Positions 10,716 to 21,549 are shown, numbered from the stretch's first letter. The stretch is 64,000 nt of DNA from an uncultured Flavobacteriales bacterium (GCA_903837495.1 CAILUT010000006.1:392-64391), one strand, 5' to 3'. Notes: generated by a model not told the origin, from the letters alone. Translations and numbers: made by a program.

Positions 10716-10869
10716 TGGCGACTGCGGCAGGGATTGAACCGGGTAGCACGCAAAGGCCATGCTGGCTGCCGGGCTGGGAGCAAAAGAGCGACGCGAGGAG
10801 CTACTTTTGCCCCTTGTCCGGCCCAGCATGGACTGCGGACTACCGGTGAAAGCCCGGCAGCCGCACCCA
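10716..10869 (-). repeat. GC-rich repeat element, copy b2, inverted relative to b1
   Basis: The reverse complement reads GGGTGCGGCTGCCGGGCTTTCACCGGTAGTCCGCAG…CTTTGCGTGCTACCCGGTTCAATCCCTGCCGCAGTCGCC. This is near-identical in layout to copy a. Confidence 0.6.
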
Positions 10870-11015
10870 TAATCTCCCATCAAAACTCCCCGTTTTATCT
10901 CCCTTTTTACACGCACTTTCTAAATTGACTTTCCGTTAAATCCAATGTTTTCCTGCCTCTTGAACTTTAATTTTCTTTTCTTTGTGCCCATAGCGTTCAT
11001 GAGTAATAATTAAGT

Positions 11016-13343
11016 ATGGCAAAAAACCTGGTCATTGTTGAGTCTCCCGCAAAAGCGAAAACCATCGAAAATTATCTGGGTAAAGACTTTGTGGTAAAGT
11101 CCTCAATGGGTCATATTCGCGACTTGCCCTCTAAGGGGCTTGCTGTGGATATTGAACATGGATTTGAGCCAAAATACGAGGTCGATGCCAAGAAAAAGCC
11201 TTTGATTGCCGAGCTTAAAAAATTGGCTGCTGCCGCTGAACGCGTCTGGCTGGCCTCGGACGAAGACCGAGAAGGAGAAGCCATTGCTTGGCATTTGTTG
11301 AAAACACTGGAACTGGACGAGGCAAAAACCCACCGGATTGTGTTTAATGAAATCACCAAATCTGCTATTTTAAAGGCCATTGAATCGCCTAGAGGCATTG
11401 ATTACAGGCTGGTGGATGCCCAAGTTGCCCGCCGGGTGCTTGACCGATTGGTGGGCTACGAACTGAGTCCCGTGCTGTGGAAAAAAGTAAAGCCCAGCTT
11501 GTCTGCCGGCCGAGTTCAATCGGTGGCCGTACGTTTGATTGCCGACCGGGAACGCGAACGGGAACAGTTTGAGGTGTCGGCCTTTTTTAAGGTGCAAGGC
11601 AAATTTGCCGATGCCCGGGGCAAGTCCTTTAAAGCCGAACTGCCCAACCGACTTTCAACCGAATTGGAAGCCCAGGCCTTGCTCGAAAAATTAAAATCAG
11701 CCCAGTTAACCGTTGGTGCAGTCGAGGTGAAGCCCTTGAAACGCACACCATCGGCCCCGTTTACCACCTCGACCTTGCAACAAGAAGCAGCCCGAACACT
11801 TGGCTTTTCGGTGGCTCGAACCATGTCGGTGGCTCAAAAACTGTACGAAAATGGAAAAATAACCTACATGCGTACCGATTCGGTAAACCTATCGGATTTT
11901 GCCCGCGATGCCGCACGCCAAGCCGTAGAACAAATCTTTGGCGCAGAATACCACAAGGAACGCAACTTTTCAAACAAGGCCAAAGGAGCCCAAGAAGCCC
12001 ACGAAAGCATACGTCCAACCGATTTTACCTTGGAATCTGCGGGCGAAGATGCCTCTGAAAAAAAACTCTACGAGTTGATCCGAAAACGCGCATTGGCCTC
12101 GCAAATGGCCGATGCCAAGCTCGAAAAAACCACCGTAAAATTAGAATCCAACGAAATACATCCTCAGCATTTTGTGGCCAGAGGAGAGGTTATCACCTTT
12201 AAAGGGTTTTTGACCTTATACATGGAAAGCAAAGACGAAGACGAGGAGGACGAAGAACTCGATCAGGCCGAACAGCTCTTGCCCGCCATGAAAACCGGCG
12301 AACCCGTTACCATCAAAGAAATTTTAGCCACCGAACGGTTTACCCAGCCCCCTTCGCGCTTTTCTGAAGCCGCTCTGGTAAAAAAAATGGAAGAATTGGG
12401 CATTGGGCGGCCTTCAACTTATGCTCCAACCATTTCGGTGATTCAAGGCCGCGGTTATGTGGAAAAAGCCGAACGGGAAGGCGTGGAACGGAAATACACT
12501 TTGTTGAAATTGCAAGGGAAAGAATTGAAAAAAACAACCGCCACCGAACGGACCGGAGCCGATAAAGGCAAGCTGTTTCCTACCGATATTGGAATGGTAA
12601 CCAACGATTTTTTGGTTGCGCATTTTGCAGGAATTCTAGATTTTCACTTTACCGCTAAAATTGAAAAACAATTCGATGAAATAGCCGAAGGCCACAGCCA
12701 GTGGAGTAAAATGATAGAAGATTTTTATGGCCCTTTTCACCAGGCCGTAAAAAACACAGAATCCATTGTAGGAAAAGCCTCCGGAAAACGGCAACTCGGC
12801 ATAGACACTCAAAGCGGAAAACCCGTTTTTGCCTTGGTAGGCCGGTATGGACCTATGATTCAAATTGGAGAAGCCGAAGACGAAGATAAACCCCGCTTTT
12901 CTTCCCTGCAAAAAGAACAGAGCATTCAAACCATAAGCCTGGATGAGGCCCTAAGTTTGTTTAAATTGCCCCGAACTTTGGGCGACTTTGAAGAAAAAAC
13001 AGTGGTGGTAGGACAAGGCCGTTTTGGCCCTTATGTACGCCACAACAGCCAATTCGTTTCAATTCCCAAAGAACAAGACCCCCTAGCACTCAATTTAGAG
13101 GATGCCATTGCCTTGATTCACACCAAACGCGAAGCCGATGCAAACAAACGGATTAAGGTATTTGAAGAAAATACCGAAGTCCAAATTCTAAACGGCCGCT
13201 GGGGACCCTATATTGTGGTTGGAAAAGACAATGTCAAGATTCCAAAAGGAAAAACACCCGAGCAGCTCAGCCTGCAGGACTGCCTAGACTTGCACAAAGC
13301 CCAAGGAGGCAGCAAAAAGAAAGGCCGAACTGCCAAAAAATAA
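11016..13343 (+). CDS. topA: DNA topoisomerase I
   Basis: Toprim N-terminus LVIVESPAKAKTI, a type IA core and a C-terminal Lys-rich tail. 775 aa. Confidence 0.95.
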   Translation: MAKNLVIVESPAKAKTIENYLGKDFVVKSSMGHIRDLPSKGLAVDIEHGFEPKYEVDAKKKPLIAELKKLAAAAERVWLASDEDREGEAIAWHLLKTLELDEAKTHRIVFNEITKSAILKAIESPRGIDYRLVDAQVARRVLDRLVGYELSPVLWKKVKPSLSAGRVQSVAVRLIADREREREQFEVSAFFKVQGKFADARGKSFKAELPNRLSTELEAQALLEKLKSAQLTVGAVEVKPLKRTPSAPFTTSTLQQEAARTLGFSVARTMSVAQKLYENGKITYMRTDSVNLSDFARDAARQAVEQIFGAEYHKERNFSNKAKGAQEAHESIRPTDFTLESAGEDASEKKLYELIRKRALASQMADAKLEKTTVKLESNEIHPQHFVARGEVITFKGFLTLYMESKDEDEEDEELDQAEQLLPAMKTGEPVTIKEILATERFTQPPSRFSEAALVKKMEELGIGRPSTYAPTISVIQGRGYVEKAEREGVERKYTLLKLQGKELKKTTATERTGADKGKLFPTDIGMVTNDFLVAHFAGILDFHFTAKIEKQFDEIAEGHSQWSKMIEDFYGPFHQAVKNTESIVGKASGKRQLGIDTQSGKPVFALVGRYGPMIQIGEAEDEDKPRFSSLQKEQSIQTISLDEALSLFKLPRTLGDFEEKTVVVGQGRFGPYVRHNSQFVSIPKEQDPLALNLEDAIALIHTKREADANKRIKVFEENTEVQILNGRWGPYIVVGKDNVKIPKGKTPEQLSLQDCLDLHKAQGGSKKKGRTAKK

Positions 13344-13349
13344 GCACCT

Positions 13350-14555
13350 ATGAGTCAGATTCCTGCAGATTGGAGCAGTTGGGAGGAATTTTTTGGCCCC
13401 GTATCAACCCAGATTCAGGCCACCGAATATTTGCCAAGCCAATTGGGAAACCACATTCGCTGTTTTACCGGCAAATCGGATTTCCCTGATTTAGACCAAC
13501 ACAAATACAGCCTTGTTCTGGTGGGTTGCGGCTACGATGCCGCCGATTTGTCGGCATCCATGACCACCGTACCCGATGCAGTACGCGAACAACTCTTTGA
13601 CCTACACCGGGGCGACCATGCGCTGCACATTGCCGATTTGGGCAATTTTGGAATCCGAAGCAACGTAGAAGAAACCTGCCTTTCTTTGGGACGCCTGTTT
13701 CGCAGCATTCTTGAACGGGGTGCTTTGCCCGTATTGTTGGGCGGGGGAGCCGAACTCGGCTTTGCCCTGTACCGTTCTTTTACCCTAGCCGGTCAATACG
13801 CGAATTTTCTAGACATTACGCCCCGTTTGCCTTTTCAATCCCTGACGGCCGAAAATTTGGAGCCCGATAACGTGCTGGGACGCATCCTAGGCGAAAAAAA
13901 CCAACTGCTATTTCACTACTGCATTTTGGGATATCAAACCTATTTCAATGCACCCGATTACCTACACCTGTTTAACGATTTTCATTTCGATTTACTCCGG
14001 TTGGGCGAAGCACGTGAAAATATGCGGCTGAGCGAACCCCTGCTGCGCGATGCCCATCTGGTAAACCTGAATATGGGCGCCGTAAAGGCAGCCGATGCAC
14101 CCAACACCCTGCTGGCATCTCCCAACGGTTTTTCTGCAGATGAGGTATGCCGTTTGGCCCGGTATGCCGGACTAAGCCACAAATTGCGCGGATTTTGCTT
14201 GTCGGGATTGGCCCCAAACCCAAAGCCCGATGGACTCGAAATTCAATTGGCGGCACAGGTGTTGTGGCATTTGATTGAAGGTGTACACATCCGAAAACCC
14301 GAAACCTTGCAAGTAGATAAGCCCCCCTACATTCGGTTTACCGTAGAACGAGACGACGTTGGCATGGGCCTGCACTTTTATAAAAATACCCTGACCGACG
14401 CCTGGTGGATGGGCGTGCCCATTAAGGGGCAGTGGAGCCAGCATTTTAAAGACGAAGAGTATTTAGTGCCCTGTGGACAAGAAGACTACATTCAAGCAAC
14501 CACCGAAGAACTACCCCAACGCTGGTTGCGCCGCTTTCAAAAATTAAACGATTAA
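13350..14555 (+). CDS. Arginase/agmatinase/formiminoglutamase-family hydrolase (ureohydrolase fold)
   Basis: 401 aa with a ureohydrolase-like LVLVGCGYD…LLGGG pattern. Commonly found next to topA in Bacteroidota. Weaker than the other calls. Confidence 0.55.
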   Translation: MSQIPADWSSWEEFFGPVSTQIQATEYLPSQLGNHIRCFTGKSDFPDLDQHKYSLVLVGCGYDAADLSASMTTVPDAVREQLFDLHRGDHALHIADLGNFGIRSNVEETCLSLGRLFRSILERGALPVLLGGGAELGFALYRSFTLAGQYANFLDITPRLPFQSLTAENLEPDNVLGRILGEKNQLLFHYCILGYQTYFNAPDYLHLFNDFHFDLLRLGEARENMRLSEPLLRDAHLVNLNMGAVKAADAPNTLLASPNGFSADEVCRLARYAGLSHKLRGFCLSGLAPNPKPDGLEIQLAAQVLWHLIEGVHIRKPETLQVDKPPYIRFTVERDDVGMGLHFYKNTLTDAWWMGVPIKGQWSQHFKDEEYLVPCGQEDYIQATTEELPQRWLRRFQKLND

Positions 14556-14686
14556 AACACCTTTAAATGCCCGAAATTTGAGGCATCTTCAAATGCATAA
14601 CACTCAAATTTGCATTTTTAACAAAAAAAATTCTATACCTTTACAACTTGAACGTTTTGTCAAATTTGACATATTTTAACCAGCCT

Positions 14687-15673
14687 ATGAAAAAAATTGC
14701 GGTTGTATTCCTGTTTCTTGTTGGCCTCATGTCGCGCATGCAAGCACAACAAGACCCTCAGTTTACTCAGTTTTTTTACAATAAATTGGTCATGAATCCA
14801 GCCTATGCAGGAAGCAAAGACTTGCTCTGCTTTACAGGCTTGTTTCGCAGCCAATGGGTAGGACTTGAAGGTGCCCCAAGCAGTTTTCTGTTTTCAGGCG
14901 ATGCCCCCATTCGGTTGGGCGGACAGAATTTTGGAATCGGCCTGACCGCCCTCGGTGATTTTATTGGCTACGAAGAAAATTATTCCTTTCGCCTTGCCGG
15001 CAACTGGCGCTCGCCTCAAATGATTGGCCCCGGTTATCTGCGGGCCGGTTTGGATTTGGGCGTTACCAGCAAAGGAATCAAAAACAACACCTGGATTTAC
15101 CCCACAGGAATTCCTGAACCCAGCATCCAAAGCTTGAACAACAACACCAATATGGTTATGGAAGCCGGAGTAGGGGTGTATTACTACGGTTCAAATTTCT
15201 ATGCCGGTGTTTCTGCCTTGCATTTGGCAGGTATGCGTTTTGCCAACATTAACATTGCTCAAGCTCGGCATTTGTTTGCCATGGGGGGGTACACATTTGA
15301 AGAACCTTTCCACCCCGATTGGGATTTCAATCCTAATGTATTGATTAAAACAGATTTTGCTACTGCCACCTTCGACGTAAACGTAAACGCCATTTGGCGC
15401 AAATTCGTTTGGGGGGGCTTAACCTACCGCTTAGAAGATGCCATTGCCATCAACATCGGTGCCGACCTTGGCATCATTCGCCCTTCCCTGCGCTCCCTGC
15501 AAATTGGGTATTCTTACGATATAAATACCTCTCGACTAAGTTCGTACAACAGCGGCTCGCATGAAATTTCAATACGCTATTGCATTGACTTAAAGCCGGT
15601 TAAAGATATAATTCCAGGTTATTCTGTGCGTTTTACCGATACCCGCGACCCAGTTAAGCCTGTATTTAAATAA
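14687..15673 (+). CDS. porP: Type IX secretion system membrane protein PorP/SprF
   Basis: Signal peptide followed by QQDPQFTQFFYNKLVMNPAYAG, the hallmark of the PorP/SprF family. Sits immediately upstream of gldK. Confidence 0.85.
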   Translation: MKKIAVVFLFLVGLMSRMQAQQDPQFTQFFYNKLVMNPAYAGSKDLLCFTGLFRSQWVGLEGAPSSFLFSGDAPIRLGGQNFGIGLTALGDFIGYEENYSFRLAGNWRSPQMIGPGYLRAGLDLGVTSKGIKNNTWIYPTGIPEPSIQSLNNNTNMVMEAGVGVYYYGSNFYAGVSALHLAGMRFANINIAQARHLFAMGGYTFEEPFHPDWDFNPNVLIKTDFATATFDVNVNAIWRKFVWGGLTYRLEDAIAINIGADLGIIRPSLRSLQIGYSYDINTSRLSSYNSGSHEISIRYCIDLKPVKDIIPGYSVRFTDTRDPVKPVFK

Positions 15674-15753
15674 ATCCTTATACCTTCGCATACTAAATTT
15701 CAACGCGTTTCCGTTTCCGGATGAAAGTACTTCCCCCTAAAATACTCCCGCCC

Positions 15754-17064
15754 ATGAGATACTCTTTGCTAATCGCTTTTATTGGTATGCTCCTATTCGG
15801 GTGTGCCAATTCCGACAACGGACAGTTGATCGGAGTGCAAGGCAGACCTAAATGGTACCAAGCCGACCCCTTCGGTATGATTTACATGCCCATGGGAAGT
15901 TACAACATGGGTTCCAGCGACCAAGATGTGCCGCGTTCCTTTTACGCTCCAGCCAAAACGGTTTCTGTACAAGCCATGTACATGGACCAAACCGAAATCA
16001 GCAACAACGAATACCGCCAATTTGTGTATTATGTACGCGATTCATTGGCACGTCGTCTGATTGCTGAAGGGGTTGATGAGGATTACCACATCATGGAAAA
16101 TGGATTCGAAGAAGCTCTAGATCCCCCCATCTTGGTTTGGAAAGACAAAATTTATTGGGACGATCCAGAGTTCCGTCAAGTTCTTGAAGAATTGTATTAC
16201 GTAGAAGACCAACGGTATTTCCGCAAACGTGAAATCAATGTAGATAAACTCGTTTATACATATTGGTGGATTGACCTTCAGGAGGCGGCAAAGTACAAGT
16301 ACCGCAGAAATTCTGACGATGTTACGACCCCAATGGCCGACCGCAAGCAATTTTTGCACCAAGAAAAAGTACGCATTTACCCAGATACCTTGGTTTGGGT
16401 TGCCGACTTCTCTTACAGCTACAATGAGCCTTTGTCTAAAATGTACTTTTGGCACCCCGCGTACGACAACTATCCGGTTGTGGGAGTAGATTGGAAGCAA
16501 GCCATGGCTTTCTGCAATTGGAGAACCGAATACATGAACAATTTCTTGGTTGCCTCGGGCGATTTCCCCGTGCACGATTTCCGCTTGCCTACCGAGGCAG
16601 AATGGGAATATGCAGCACGCGGCGGTCGCGATTTGGCCGCCTACCCTTGGGGCTCCAACTACATTCGGAACAGCCGCGGTTGTTTCTTAGGCAACTTTAA
16701 ACCCATGCGCGGCAGTTACATCGACGATGGTGGTTTTCATACCGTGCCTGTTGATTCGTACAACCCCAACGATTTTGGATTGTATTGCATGGCCGGCAAC
16801 GTGGCTGAATGGACTTCCGGTGCTTTTGAAGAGGCAGGGTACAACTGGTCGCACGATCTGAACCCCGATTTGATGTACAACACTCAAGACAACGACCCCC
16901 CAGCACTCAAACGAAAAGTGGTGCGCGGCGGAAGCTGGAAAGATGTAGGTTTCTACCTTCAAGTTTCTACACGTTCCTTCGAATATGAAGACACCGCCAA
17001 AAGCTACATTGGTTTCCGTTGCGTTCAAACCTTTATGGGTCGCGATAAAGCAGATTCTGAATAA
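15754..17064 (+). CDS. gldK: Gliding motility / T9SS lipoprotein GldK (PorK; FGE-sulfatase fold)
   Basis: Lipobox LLFGC, FGE/SUMF1-like core and the conserved order gldK-gldL-gldM-gldN. Confidence 0.9.
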   Translation: MRYSLLIAFIGMLLFGCANSDNGQLIGVQGRPKWYQADPFGMIYMPMGSYNMGSSDQDVPRSFYAPAKTVSVQAMYMDQTEISNNEYRQFVYYVRDSLARRLIAEGVDEDYHIMENGFEEALDPPILVWKDKIYWDDPEFRQVLEELYYVEDQRYFRKREINVDKLVYTYWWIDLQEAAKYKYRRNSDDVTTPMADRKQFLHQEKVRIYPDTLVWVADFSYSYNEPLSKMYFWHPAYDNYPVVGVDWKQAMAFCNWRTEYMNNFLVASGDFPVHDFRLPTEAEWEYAARGGRDLAAYPWGSNYIRNSRGCFLGNFKPMRGSYIDDGGFHTVPVDSYNPNDFGLYCMAGNVAEWTSGAFEEAGYNWSHDLNPDLMYNTQDNDPPALKRKVVRGGSWKDVGFYLQVSTRSFEYEDTAKSYIGFRCVQTFMGRDKADSE

Positions 17065-17118
17065 CATTTAACTCTAATCTTTAACCTTTCATTCACCTAA
17101 AACCAAAAACCAAACAAA

Positions 17119-17931
17119 ATGAATAAGTTCCTTCAATCCGAAAAGGGAAAAGTAGTAATGAACTTCGTATACGGGTTCGGTGCCGCTATTGTAATTCTGG
17201 GTGCCATGTTTAAAATTATGCACTGGCCCGGAGCAAGCGTCATGATTGTAGGAGGTCTCACCACCGAGGCCATCATTTTTGCGATTTCAGCTTTTGAACC
17301 ACCCCACCACGAATTGGATTGGACCTTGGTTTATCCCGAGTTGGCAATGCATGCCGGCGAAGGAGACGACCACTCAGGATCTGGAGACCACAAGTCGAAA
17401 AAGGGCGGAGATGGTCTTAGCCAAGAACTTGATAAGATGTTGGAAGAGGCCAAAATTGGTCCTGAATTGATTGAAAGCTTGGGCAGCGGAATGCGCCGCT
17501 TAAGTGAGTCAACCTCTAAATTGGCCGATATGGGCGATGCCGGTGCCGCTACTTCCGACTATGTGAACAATGTGAAGCGTGCTTCTACCACCGTTAGTGA
17601 ATTGTCCGACAGCTACATCAAAGCCGCCGATGCACTCACCGGTTTGTCATCCGCCGATGGTTCTTCTTATGGCGAGCAACTGCAACGCGTAAGCAAAAAC
17701 TTGGAAGTGCTTAACAGCGTGTACGAATTGCAAATCCAAGGCAGCCGCGAGTATGTTGAATCTTCGGCAAAAGCCTATTCCAACATCGCTGAATTGCTGA
17801 GCAACTTGGATTCTTCGCTTGAAGACACCAAACGCTACAAGACTGAAATCCACACCTTGAGCAACAATCTAAGCAACCTGAACACCGTTTATGGCAACAT
17901 GTTGGCTGCGATGAACATGAACCGGGCTTAA
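17119..17931 (+). CDS. gldL: Gliding motility / T9SS protein GldL (PorL)
   Basis: Two N-terminal TM helices (FVYGFGAAIVILGAMFKIMHWPG) and a coiled C-terminus. Position in the operon. Confidence 0.9.
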   Translation: MNKFLQSEKGKVVMNFVYGFGAAIVILGAMFKIMHWPGASVMIVGGLTTEAIIFAISAFEPPHHELDWTLVYPELAMHAGEGDDHSGSGDHKSKKGGDGLSQELDKMLEEAKIGPELIESLGSGMRRLSESTSKLADMGDAGAATSDYVNNVKRASTTVSELSDSYIKAADALTGLSSADGSSYGEQLQRVSKNLEVLNSVYELQIQGSREYVESSAKAYSNIAELLSNLDSSLEDTKRYKTEIHTLSNNLSNLNTVYGNMLAAMNMNRA

Positions 17932-17968
17932 TTTCCAAATTAAACATTAATCTTTAAGACTATTTACA

Positions 17969-19606
17969 ATGGGAGGTGGTAACGCGAGTCCAAGGCAGAA
18001 GATGATTAACATGATGTACCTCGTGTTAACAGCCCTTTTGGCCTTGAACGTATCTAAAGAAGTGTTGGATGCCTTTGTTAAGGCCAACATATCTCTTATG
18101 CAACAAGAGCAAATTATGGCTTCCAAAAACAAAGGAACCTACAATGAGCTTGCGAATCAAGTTTTGTTGAACCCCAAGGATGAAAAGTACAAGCGTGCAG
18201 ACGCTCAGGCTACGGAATTGGGTAAGTCAACTGTAGCTATGTTAAGCAAATTGAACCGACTCAAACTAGACCTTCTAATGAATGTGGAAGGAGTAGATGA
18301 AGCCGGTGCGAAGAAATTAGCAGAGAATCCCTTTGATGTAGATAAAAAGGACGATTACGACATGCCAACCAATTTCTTTGGTACTGGAGAAGCACCTGGA
18401 AATCAGGGAAAAGCAGGTCAATTGAAAAAAGATTTGGCTGCTTTTAAAAAGGAGCTGTTGGAAATGACCAAGAACAATGGGACCATTGTAAAATCTTTGG
18501 AGATCATTGATTTGAACGATCCAGACCCCAAAAGCGAGACGGTAACCAAACATCGGTTGACTACCTGGGAGATGAAGTATTTCTACCACCTTCCTTTAGC
18601 GGCTGCCTTGCTTGAAATCAGTAAGTGGGAGAACATTGTACGCAGCTCTGAAGCCGAGGTTCTTAAGTTTATTTGGGATCAAATTTCGGCCGATGCGGTT
18701 AAGTTTGATGCGGTTCGGGCTCAGGTAGTTCCCAAATCAACGTTTGTTGTTTCGGGTTCTAATTTTGAAGCCGATGTGTTTTTGGCTGCCTACAATACAG
18801 CCATGAAACCCGAAATCATTACGGGTGGTTCTGTTGATACGACCACGGGAAATGTGCCTGGCGGAACTGTTTTAGATACCTCTAAAATTGTGAATGGAGT
18901 GGGTCGGATTCAAATTCCCGCATCCGGTACCGGCGAGCGTACCTTCGCTGGAGTTATTAATTTGATTGAAAAGGCCACCGGTAAAAAAATACCTTATCCC
19001 TTTCAAACCAAATACACCGTTGCCCCTCCCATGGCTTCGGTTGCTGCCACTAAAATGAACGTTTTCTATAAAGGATTAGACAATCCGGTTTCTGTTTCAG
19101 TACCGGGGTATCCGCCCTCTCAATTGATTGTTTCGGGTTCTGGACCTATTTCTGTTTCTGGAGCAAACGGCAATTATGTTGTTAAGGCGAACAACATTGG
19201 TGCTGCAAAAATCAATGTTTCTGTGAAAACCGAAGATGGACGCACCATTTCTATGGGGGCCCAAGAATTCCGAGTGAAACAAATTCCTACTCCCATTCTT
19301 AAATGGGGCGGTAAACGCTCTGGAGAACTGGTGGCTGCAGGTTTAGGTGCCGCGTCGCCTCTTATCCCTGAAATGGAAAACTTTGACTTTGAAGTGTATT
19401 CCCGCATTTTAAGCTTTGAAATGTCGTACACAGGCCAAGGTGGTTTGCTTCAGAAACGGGAAGTTTCTGGAAATCAAATCCCCGGCGATTTGCAAGGCAA
19501 AATTCGTTCTATGCGTCGGGGAGAAAAGGTTTTCTTTTCTGATGTTGTTATACAATTGCCTTCTGGCGAGCGCCGTAAAGTGGACGGTGTATTCAAAATC
19601 CAATAA
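17969..19606 (+). CDS. gldM: Gliding motility / T9SS protein GldM (PorM)
   Basis: N-terminal MINMMYLVLTALLALNVSKEVLDAF is the GldM signature. 545 aa. Confidence 0.9.
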   Translation: MGGGNASPRQKMINMMYLVLTALLALNVSKEVLDAFVKANISLMQQEQIMASKNKGTYNELANQVLLNPKDEKYKRADAQATELGKSTVAMLSKLNRLKLDLLMNVEGVDEAGAKKLAENPFDVDKKDDYDMPTNFFGTGEAPGNQGKAGQLKKDLAAFKKELLEMTKNNGTIVKSLEIIDLNDPDPKSETVTKHRLTTWEMKYFYHLPLAAALLEISKWENIVRSSEAEVLKFIWDQISADAVKFDAVRAQVVPKSTFVVSGSNFEADVFLAAYNTAMKPEIITGGSVDTTTGNVPGGTVLDTSKIVNGVGRIQIPASGTGERTFAGVINLIEKATGKKIPYPFQTKYTVAPPMASVAATKMNVFYKGLDNPVSVSVPGYPPSQLIVSGSGPISVSGANGNYVVKANNIGAAKINVSVKTEDGRTISMGAQEFRVKQIPTPILKWGGKRSGELVAAGLGAASPLIPEMENFDFEVYSRILSFEMSYTGQGGLLQKREVSGNQIPGDLQGKIRSMRRGEKVFFSDVVIQLPSGERRKVDGVFKIQ

Positions 19607-19615
19607 TTTACTCCC

Positions 19616-20476
19616 ATGAGAACATTGGTTTTACTTCTTTCTTTAGGTCTCCTTAGCCTCAATGCCTTTGCTCAAAACGACGGCACAGGAGGTGTTACTC
19701 TGGAACCCCGCGATGGATTTTACGATAAAATTCATGGAAACAACCGTCGGGTTGTTCCCTATCCCCACATGCGGGAATCGGATGTAACAGAAGCCTGGAG
19801 AGTTTGGCGTGAAATTGATTTTCGGGAAAAGGTGAATCAGGTTTTTTTCTATCCCTTAACGCCTACCAATGGACGTAAAAACTACATTGAGATTTTACGT
19901 ACCGGTATTTTAACGGATTTAATCGTTACTCCTTTTAATTCGGAGAACGACGATTTTAAAGTCCAATTGACTACCTCGGATTTCGCTAAAATTGGAACGC
20001 GCCGCGATACCCAATGGGTGCCTTCTCCCGAACCCCCATACGAACCTGTTCAGAAAATCATCGATGAACCTTTTAAACCCGATGCGGTGAAAGCCGTGCG
20101 TTTGAAAGAAGATTGGTTTTTTGACCGTCAACGTTCGGTTATGGAATGCCGGATTATTGGAATGCTTCCTATGATGCAGCAGTTTAACGCTTCTACAGGC
20201 GATTTCGAAGGCATGGTGGGTATGGCTTGGATTTATTTTCCTCAGGCCCGTCATGTGATGTCCCGCGAAGAAGTGTACAACACCAAGAACTATGCACAGC
20301 GCATAACCTTCGACGATTTGTTCATGAAGCGGATGTTCTCTTCGCGTATTTTAAAGGTAGATAACGTACACGACCGGTACATCGCCGATTACACCACGGG
20401 TTTGGATGCGCTGTTGGTGGGTGAAGAGATCAAAGAACAAATCTTTTTGTTCGAGCACGATATGTGGGAACAATAA
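19616..20476 (+). CDS. gldN: Gliding motility / T9SS protein GldN (PorN)
   Basis: Signal peptide, 286 aa, follows gldM. Confidence 0.85.
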   Translation: MRTLVLLLSLGLLSLNAFAQNDGTGGVTLEPRDGFYDKIHGNNRRVVPYPHMRESDVTEAWRVWREIDFREKVNQVFFYPLTPTNGRKNYIEILRTGILTDLIVTPFNSENDDFKVQLTTSDFAKIGTRRDTQWVPSPEPPYEPVQKIIDEPFKPDAVKAVRLKEDWFFDRQRSVMECRIIGMLPMMQQFNASTGDFEGMVGMAWIYFPQARHVMSREEVYNTKNYAQRITFDDLFMKRMFSSRILKVDNVHDRYIADYTTGLDALLVGEEIKEQIFLFEHDMWEQ

Positions 20477-20493
20477 AGGAATGATTTTATGTT

Positions 20494-20519
20494 GAAGGGC
20501 CTTCGGGCCCTTTTTTTTT
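20494..20519. terminator. Bidirectional intrinsic terminator (GGGCC-UUCG-GGCCC followed by T9)
   Basis: GC stem with a UUCG tetraloop. A-run on one side and T-run on the other, between convergent gldN and meaB. Confidence 0.7.
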
Positions 20520-21549
20520 ACTGTATGTTCCTGCGGAATAAGTCCCAGAATGTTTGGGCTGCAACAAAGGGATTGATTTCGCCTTTTTCTGCTTTTAATT
20601 TAAGGGTGTTCCATTGTTCGGAGGCAGATTTGCTTTCCATTATTCCTTGCATTACACGTTGGTGCAAGGCTTCCGTCAACCAATATGCGGTTTGCTCGGT
20701 TCTGCGTTTTTCAAAGGTTCCTTGGCTTTGGGCCTTTGCAATGAGTTCAAGAATGCAATCTGCGGTTTCTTCAATGCCCATTCCCGTTTTAGCGGATGCC
20801 AACCTGACTTGGACTTGCATTCCATATGGGTGCGGAGGGAAAACGTGCAGGGCGTTTCTTAGTTCGTTTGCGGCATGATTTGCTTTTTCTTGGTTGGGAG
20901 GTTCTGCTTTGTTCACAACAATGCAGTCGGCCATTTCCATAATGCCCCGTTTTATTCCTTGAAGTTCGTCTCCGGCTCCGGGTATGGTTATCAGGATCAA
21001 CGCATCGGCCATGGAATGTACGGCCACTTCCGATTGGCCAACTCCAACCGTTTCAATCAGGATTAAATCGTAGCCTGCCGCCTCGCACAGATAAATGGCC
21101 TCGCGGGTATGGGCGGCCACCCCGCCTAAGGTCCCTTCTGAGGCCGATGGGCGAATAAAAACATTGGGGAGCCTAGATAGGTTTTCCATTCGGGTTTTAT
21201 CGCCTAAAATGCTGCCTCCCGTTCTTTGGGAACTAGGATCTACGGTTAGAATGGCGATGCGTACGTTTTTTGAGGCATAGTATGTGCCAATGGCCTCAAT
21301 GAAGGTTGATTTACCTGCCCCGGGAATTCCGGTAATGGCGATGCGCTTGCTGTTCCCTGCAAAGGGCATGCTGGCTTGCAACACCTGCATGGCCGTATTT
21401 CGGGCTTCTGGTTTTTTGTTTTCAAGCAGACTTATTGCCCTAGAAAGTCCAGAGATTCCCTGATTTTGAATGGAGTCCATCCAAGCTTCCACCGAATCGG
21501 GAGTAGCTGGGCCTCCGGGCCTTTGAAAATCTGGGTTAATGCCTTTCAT
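20518..21549 (-). CDS. meaB: Methylmalonyl-CoA mutase-associated GTPase MeaB/ArgK
   Basis: GIPGAGKST P-loop and …DPSSQRTGGSILGDKTRM…, 343 aa. Confidence 0.85.
   Translation of the reverse strand: MKGINPDFQRPGGPATPDSVEAWMDSIQNQGISGLSRAISLLENKKPEARNTAMQVLQASMPFAGNSKRIAITGIPGAGKSTFIEAIGTYYASKNVRIAILTVDPSSQRTGGSILGDKTRMENLSRLPNVFIRPSASEGTLGGVAAHTREAIYLCEAAGYDLILIETVGVGQSEVAVHSMADALILITIPGAGDELQGIKRGIMEMADCIVVNKAEPPNQEKANHAANELRNALHVFPPHPYGMQVQVRLASAKTGMGIEETADCILELIAKAQSQGTFEKRRTEQTAYWLTEALHQRVMQGIMESKSASEQWNTLKLKAEKGEINPFVAAQTFWDLFRRNIQ

Noticed and set aside
14556-14686. Putative Bacteroidota-type promoter upstream of porP (two TCAAATTTG motifs resembling the -7 TAnnTTTG element)
   Set aside because: The motif match is imperfect, with no T-A at positions 1-2. 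I could not place a convincing -33 TTG at the right spacing without computation. Left as an unconfirmed note.
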